NCBI GenBank assembly: GCA_028534125.1
Contig: CM052817.1
Coordinates: 26,538,001-26,602,000, forward strand
Reading direction: 5' to 3'
DNA length: 64,000 nt
Origin: Lama glama
Taxonomy: Eukaryota
Part shown: positions 60,399-64,000 of the stretch, piece by piece
How positions within the stretch are numbered: the first letter of the stretch is position 1
Layout of the letters: the number at the start of each line of letters is the position of its first letter
Position numbers and translations under genes: made by a program
Notes under the pieces: generated by a model
What the model was told of the DNA's origin: nothing
The model's database searches: none
Seen by the model: the letters and a program-made list of their open reading frames with translations, nothing else

Positions 60399-60869
60399 TT
60401 GTCTTTTCTAATAACAAAAATTAAGTGAGGGAGTAAACCGCAGGCATTTCGGGTAATGATAGCAGTTGACTCAGGGTTACTGTCTTTGATCTTGGCTCCC
60501 TACAAACTTCATCAAAGCTCAAAGGGGAAGCTGCAAATCAGGAGCTCTGGCCTCAGGAGGTACAGATCCACTTCCTAATAGAAGGTGGGACCAGAGGGCA
60601 GGATGTTAAGTAAAGAGCTTACTCTGTCTCCAAACTTGTGAACACATGTCCTGAATTCCACCTAATCGTGGTCCACTGGACCCGGCCGCCTCTCCTTTAA
60701 AGTGACAGATGCCTGGAGGGTAAAGAAGAGGGGGACTAATATTTACTGACCTCTCCTCACGTGGTAGTCCTTGAGAGCAAGACCCTTCTCTTTCCATCTT
60801 TGTACTCCAGGGCTTAGCACATGTCTTTGTGCTAAATGTTGGTGGTCTAAACTGCTGTATGGAGCCCAC

Positions 60870-61015
60870 GAGGTAGATCACATTGTCCCTGTTTTTCTGA
60901 TGAGGAAACCGAGGTACAGAGAAGTTCAAATATGCCCGTGATATCTAGATAATAAGTAGCAGAACAGAAACTCAAACCCCAAATTCCAAAGGAGCTGCTC
61001 TTTTCTTTCTACCAA
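60870..61015 (-). mobile_element. MIR SINE
   Basis: CTGATGAGGAAACCGAGGTACAGAGAAGTT. Confidence 0.75.
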
Positions 61016-61939
61016 GATGCCGCTTCCTGCTACCCCAAGCCCTTTGTCTTGCCGGTGCAACCTGTCAGGTGAGAGCCCCACTGTCAGTCCACCCTGGGGG
61101 CCAACGTCTTCTCCCTTCTCTGAACTTCTCATTTGGCAGTGAGTCACCCCTGAAAGTCTTATTCTTCTTATATTACTTATTTAACTCTCTTACTATTATT
61201 CAATTTTTCTTAGAAGTTTGTCTTTTTCTCCAAATAGCCCACAAGCATCTTGAAGGAAAGGATACTTTATTAATTCCTCTGTAAACTCTCTGCCCAGCTT
61301 TCAGTAAATATTTGCAGGAAGAGTGAATTTAACAGCAGAGTTCTGATCAGAACGTACCTCCCAGGGCCTGTTTGTACTAGGAAACTAGCAAACAATTTTA
61401 ATTTTTATCTGAGAACATTTATTCTCATCAAAAACACCTAATTAAGTGATTTTAACCCCCGACTGAGGGGTCTGCAACCTAAGATAAATTAATCCAAATG
61501 TCTTTCTCTTAGAGCTTAGAATCTTGAGCACATATATAGCTGAGCTGTTACAACACTGGATTTGGGTCAGAGGTGGAATCTAAATTCACTTAGCTTCTTC
61601 TGTTCTAACTGGAATCTGTTGGTTCCCAGGACAAACACAGGGTTCTGCTCTGACAATCTGGGATGTTGATGGACCTAGGAATAAGGAGCTGGCTTCTCCA
61701 CCAGCTGCATTTACATCCAGGTTTGTTTCATCTTCCTCTTACGGCTACCCTCCGGGGAGCCATGCTTGGCCCAGGGACGTTCACAGTAAAGTTAAGACCC
61801 AAAGTACTCAACCACCCTCCCACAGTGGGTATCAGACAGTGCCAGTCCTCAGGGGAAGCAGGCCAAGACTGCTGGGGGGAAGTGCGGTCTGGGAGGGTGT
61901 CGATCTCCTGACAGGCTCTGGCCACTCCAATCATATATT

Positions 61940-62900
61940 TCATGAACATTTACTAGGGGCGCCTCTTGTATACCAGACACTGGGGATACGGTGACAAGTA
62001 GGGCATTTGGGAGGTGCTCAGTCTGGCTAGGGGGACAAACATGTAAACAAACAACTGGATCCACATGATAATAGAAGCACTTATGAGAAACCTCAAGAAC
62101 ACAGAGGAGGAGGTACAGAATTCTGCCCGGGGAGGTTGGAAAAATCTCCGTTGATTAGGTGACCCTCAAAGTGAGTCTAGAAAGAGGAGAATTTATTTAC
62201 TGGTTGGGTGAGGTGGGATGCGTGTTCCAGGCTGAGGAACAACATGGACAACAAGGAGCATGAAGCAACACGGCAGCAAGGGGACAGAAAGGAGCGCAGG
62301 AAATCCACTTGTTAGCGACATGACGGGCGGATGGCCAGAGATGAGTCTGGTGGGGAAGGGAAGACACTGCTGAGAATATGAAGGTCCTCATCTGCTTAGG
62401 GCGGGGCTCCATCCTATGGATGACGGGGGAACATGGAAGGATTCAGATGATAAGGGAGTGTAACTCAGTCAGATGTCAGATGTCTATGTGATGACAGTGT
62501 GAAGGAGGGACTAGAGGAGGACTAGCCCGAAGTGGAGGGACCAGCTCCGCGGTGGGCCATCAGAGTAGCCCAGGCCATGCTCCCTGTCCTGTGTCAGGAG
62601 AGACAAGAGGGGTCACATGACCTTAGCTGATGGGAATGATGAAGCCGGTGACAGATGGGCTGAGGGGGTTTGTAGGGAGAGTCTAGGACAACTCCCATTT
62701 TGGGCATGGGGAGAGGGAGACGGTGTCCTCAGCCACCAAAATCAGGAGCACATGGTGAAGGGTGGGGTCGGGGAGAAGGTGAGGTGAGGGGCGGGTGAGT
62801 TAAATTTTGGCCTTGTCTAAATCGCACGTGGGACATTGAGGTAGAGCTACCTAGTAAGCGGTTGGTATGTAGAAGTCTGAGCTCCAGGAAAAGGCAGATT
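61940..62900 (-). mobile_element. L2 fragment
   Basis: AACATTTACT...TATACCAGACACTGGGGATAC...GTTCCAGGCTGAGGAACAACATG...TGAGTTAAATTTTGG...TCTGAGCTCCAGGA. Confidence 0.7.
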
Positions 62901-63369
62901 TCTGATGGGAGAAGGCCAGATCAGGCTTTTCTCTCTGTACACATTCAATAAACATTGTTTTGAGTAGCTAATTAATGATTACAGGGCACTGGGAAAACAG
63001 AACGATGTTGCAATGCAAATGCAGATGCTCTTACAGTAATGGACTGATGGTTGCAGAAAAGCTCAGGCGAAATAACACTAATTTTTTCCAGCTATAAATA
63101 GACCTTCTCTGCAGTCGGGGATTTCAGTTACACAGTGAAAAGAAATGCAGCAATGGAAGCAAGGAAGAGGGAACAGAGAGGGCATCTCGTGCCTGCAGAT
63201 ACAAATGTTAGCAAGGCCTGGCTGAGATGGATAAGGCGGAGATCTGATCTGGAGCAGAGGTGCTGAGTCTACTATCCTGAGTTCAAGTACTGATTCCTCA
63301 ACTAATGGGTGTCTGTAACAGATTACCTGACGTGCAGGAATGTTTGCTACCAACCTTTAGAGATCCAGT

Positions 63370-63525
63370 CACAGTTTTAAACTCATTCAATCTTCAGAGC
63401 AACCTCATGGTAGATCCGTTATTAGGCCTCCTTTGGAGATGAGTAAACTGAACACAGGGAGTTTGAGTGACTTACCCAAGGCCACTCAGCTAAAAAGTAG
63501 CAGTTCTCAGATTTGAACCTAGACA
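63370..63525 (-). mobile_element. MIR SINE
   Basis: GATGAGTAAACTGA...GTGACTTACCCAAGGCCACTCAGCTA...GATTTGAACCTAG. Confidence 0.8.
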
Positions 63526-64000
63526 AATGTAAGCAACAATTCACTACTTGTGTTATGCTGCCTTTCCATATGAAAAAGAGGAAATGTCACTCTGTAGGGC
63601 CTTCAATTTCTTATCAGTGCATGGATTTTGTAAAAGGCAAGTGGCATACTTTATATTAAAGCTGAATTTTAGGTGTATATTTTCATTGTGTTCTTCCATG
63701 ACTGGTCTTCAGGGAAGCAGTGTTCATTGATTTGTCCCAAATCTTCTTTTCGGGGAGAGCTCTGGGAGTTCCTGTAATCGTGTGACTTTGTGTTTGCAGA
63801 CCACAGCTGGCTCCCTGAGGAGCGTTACTGTTCAGCGTTAGAGAGCATTGTCTGTTAAATTCAGTGTAACAATAATGATCACGGGCTCATGAGTAAGACA
63901 GACCTTGGTTCTATCCCAGCTCTGCCACTTGGACTTGTTACTTAAAACACTACAAGCCTCCTTCCTCATCTGTTTGTGGGATAATGCTAATAACTTTGTA

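Noticed and set aside
14200..64000. Exons of a second protein-coding gene such as CHRNA9, or a processed pseudogene
   Set aside because: No ORF-track peptide resembles a known protein other than L1 ORF2; short or non-coding exons cannot be excluded by eye.

Overview
Mammalian intronic and intergenic DNA containing one protein-coding gene, RHOH, an atypical, GTPase-deficient haematopoietic Rho GTPase. Its intronless CDS lies at 11945-12520 (+) in a terminal exon starting at about 11728, with a probable non-coding exon at about 11316-11429. No promoter or first exon is recognisable, so these probably lie upstream of the window. The rest is repeat-rich: MIR, L2, old and young L1 fragments, MaLR and ERV1 solo LTRs, and hAT/Tigger fossils. 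Three tRNA-Ala-derived SINEs resembling camelid Vic-1, with no Alu, Bov-tA/BovB or PRE1, suggest a camelid genome (inference). Repeat family names and most repeat boundaries are by-eye calls. I found no clearly new biological system. The best leads are: (1) a 350-bp TSD-flanked retro-element joining an L1 5' end to an L1 3' end exactly at an AG, possibly a spliced or non-autonomous L1 derivative; (2) two short uORFs in the RHOH leader; (3) a compact EBF1/PU.1/EICE/NF-kB motif cluster and a near-consensus CTCF site 41-48 kb downstream of RHOH; (4) RhoH C-terminal variants; (5) a micro L1 3' transduction beside an orphan L1 reverse-transcriptase fragment.
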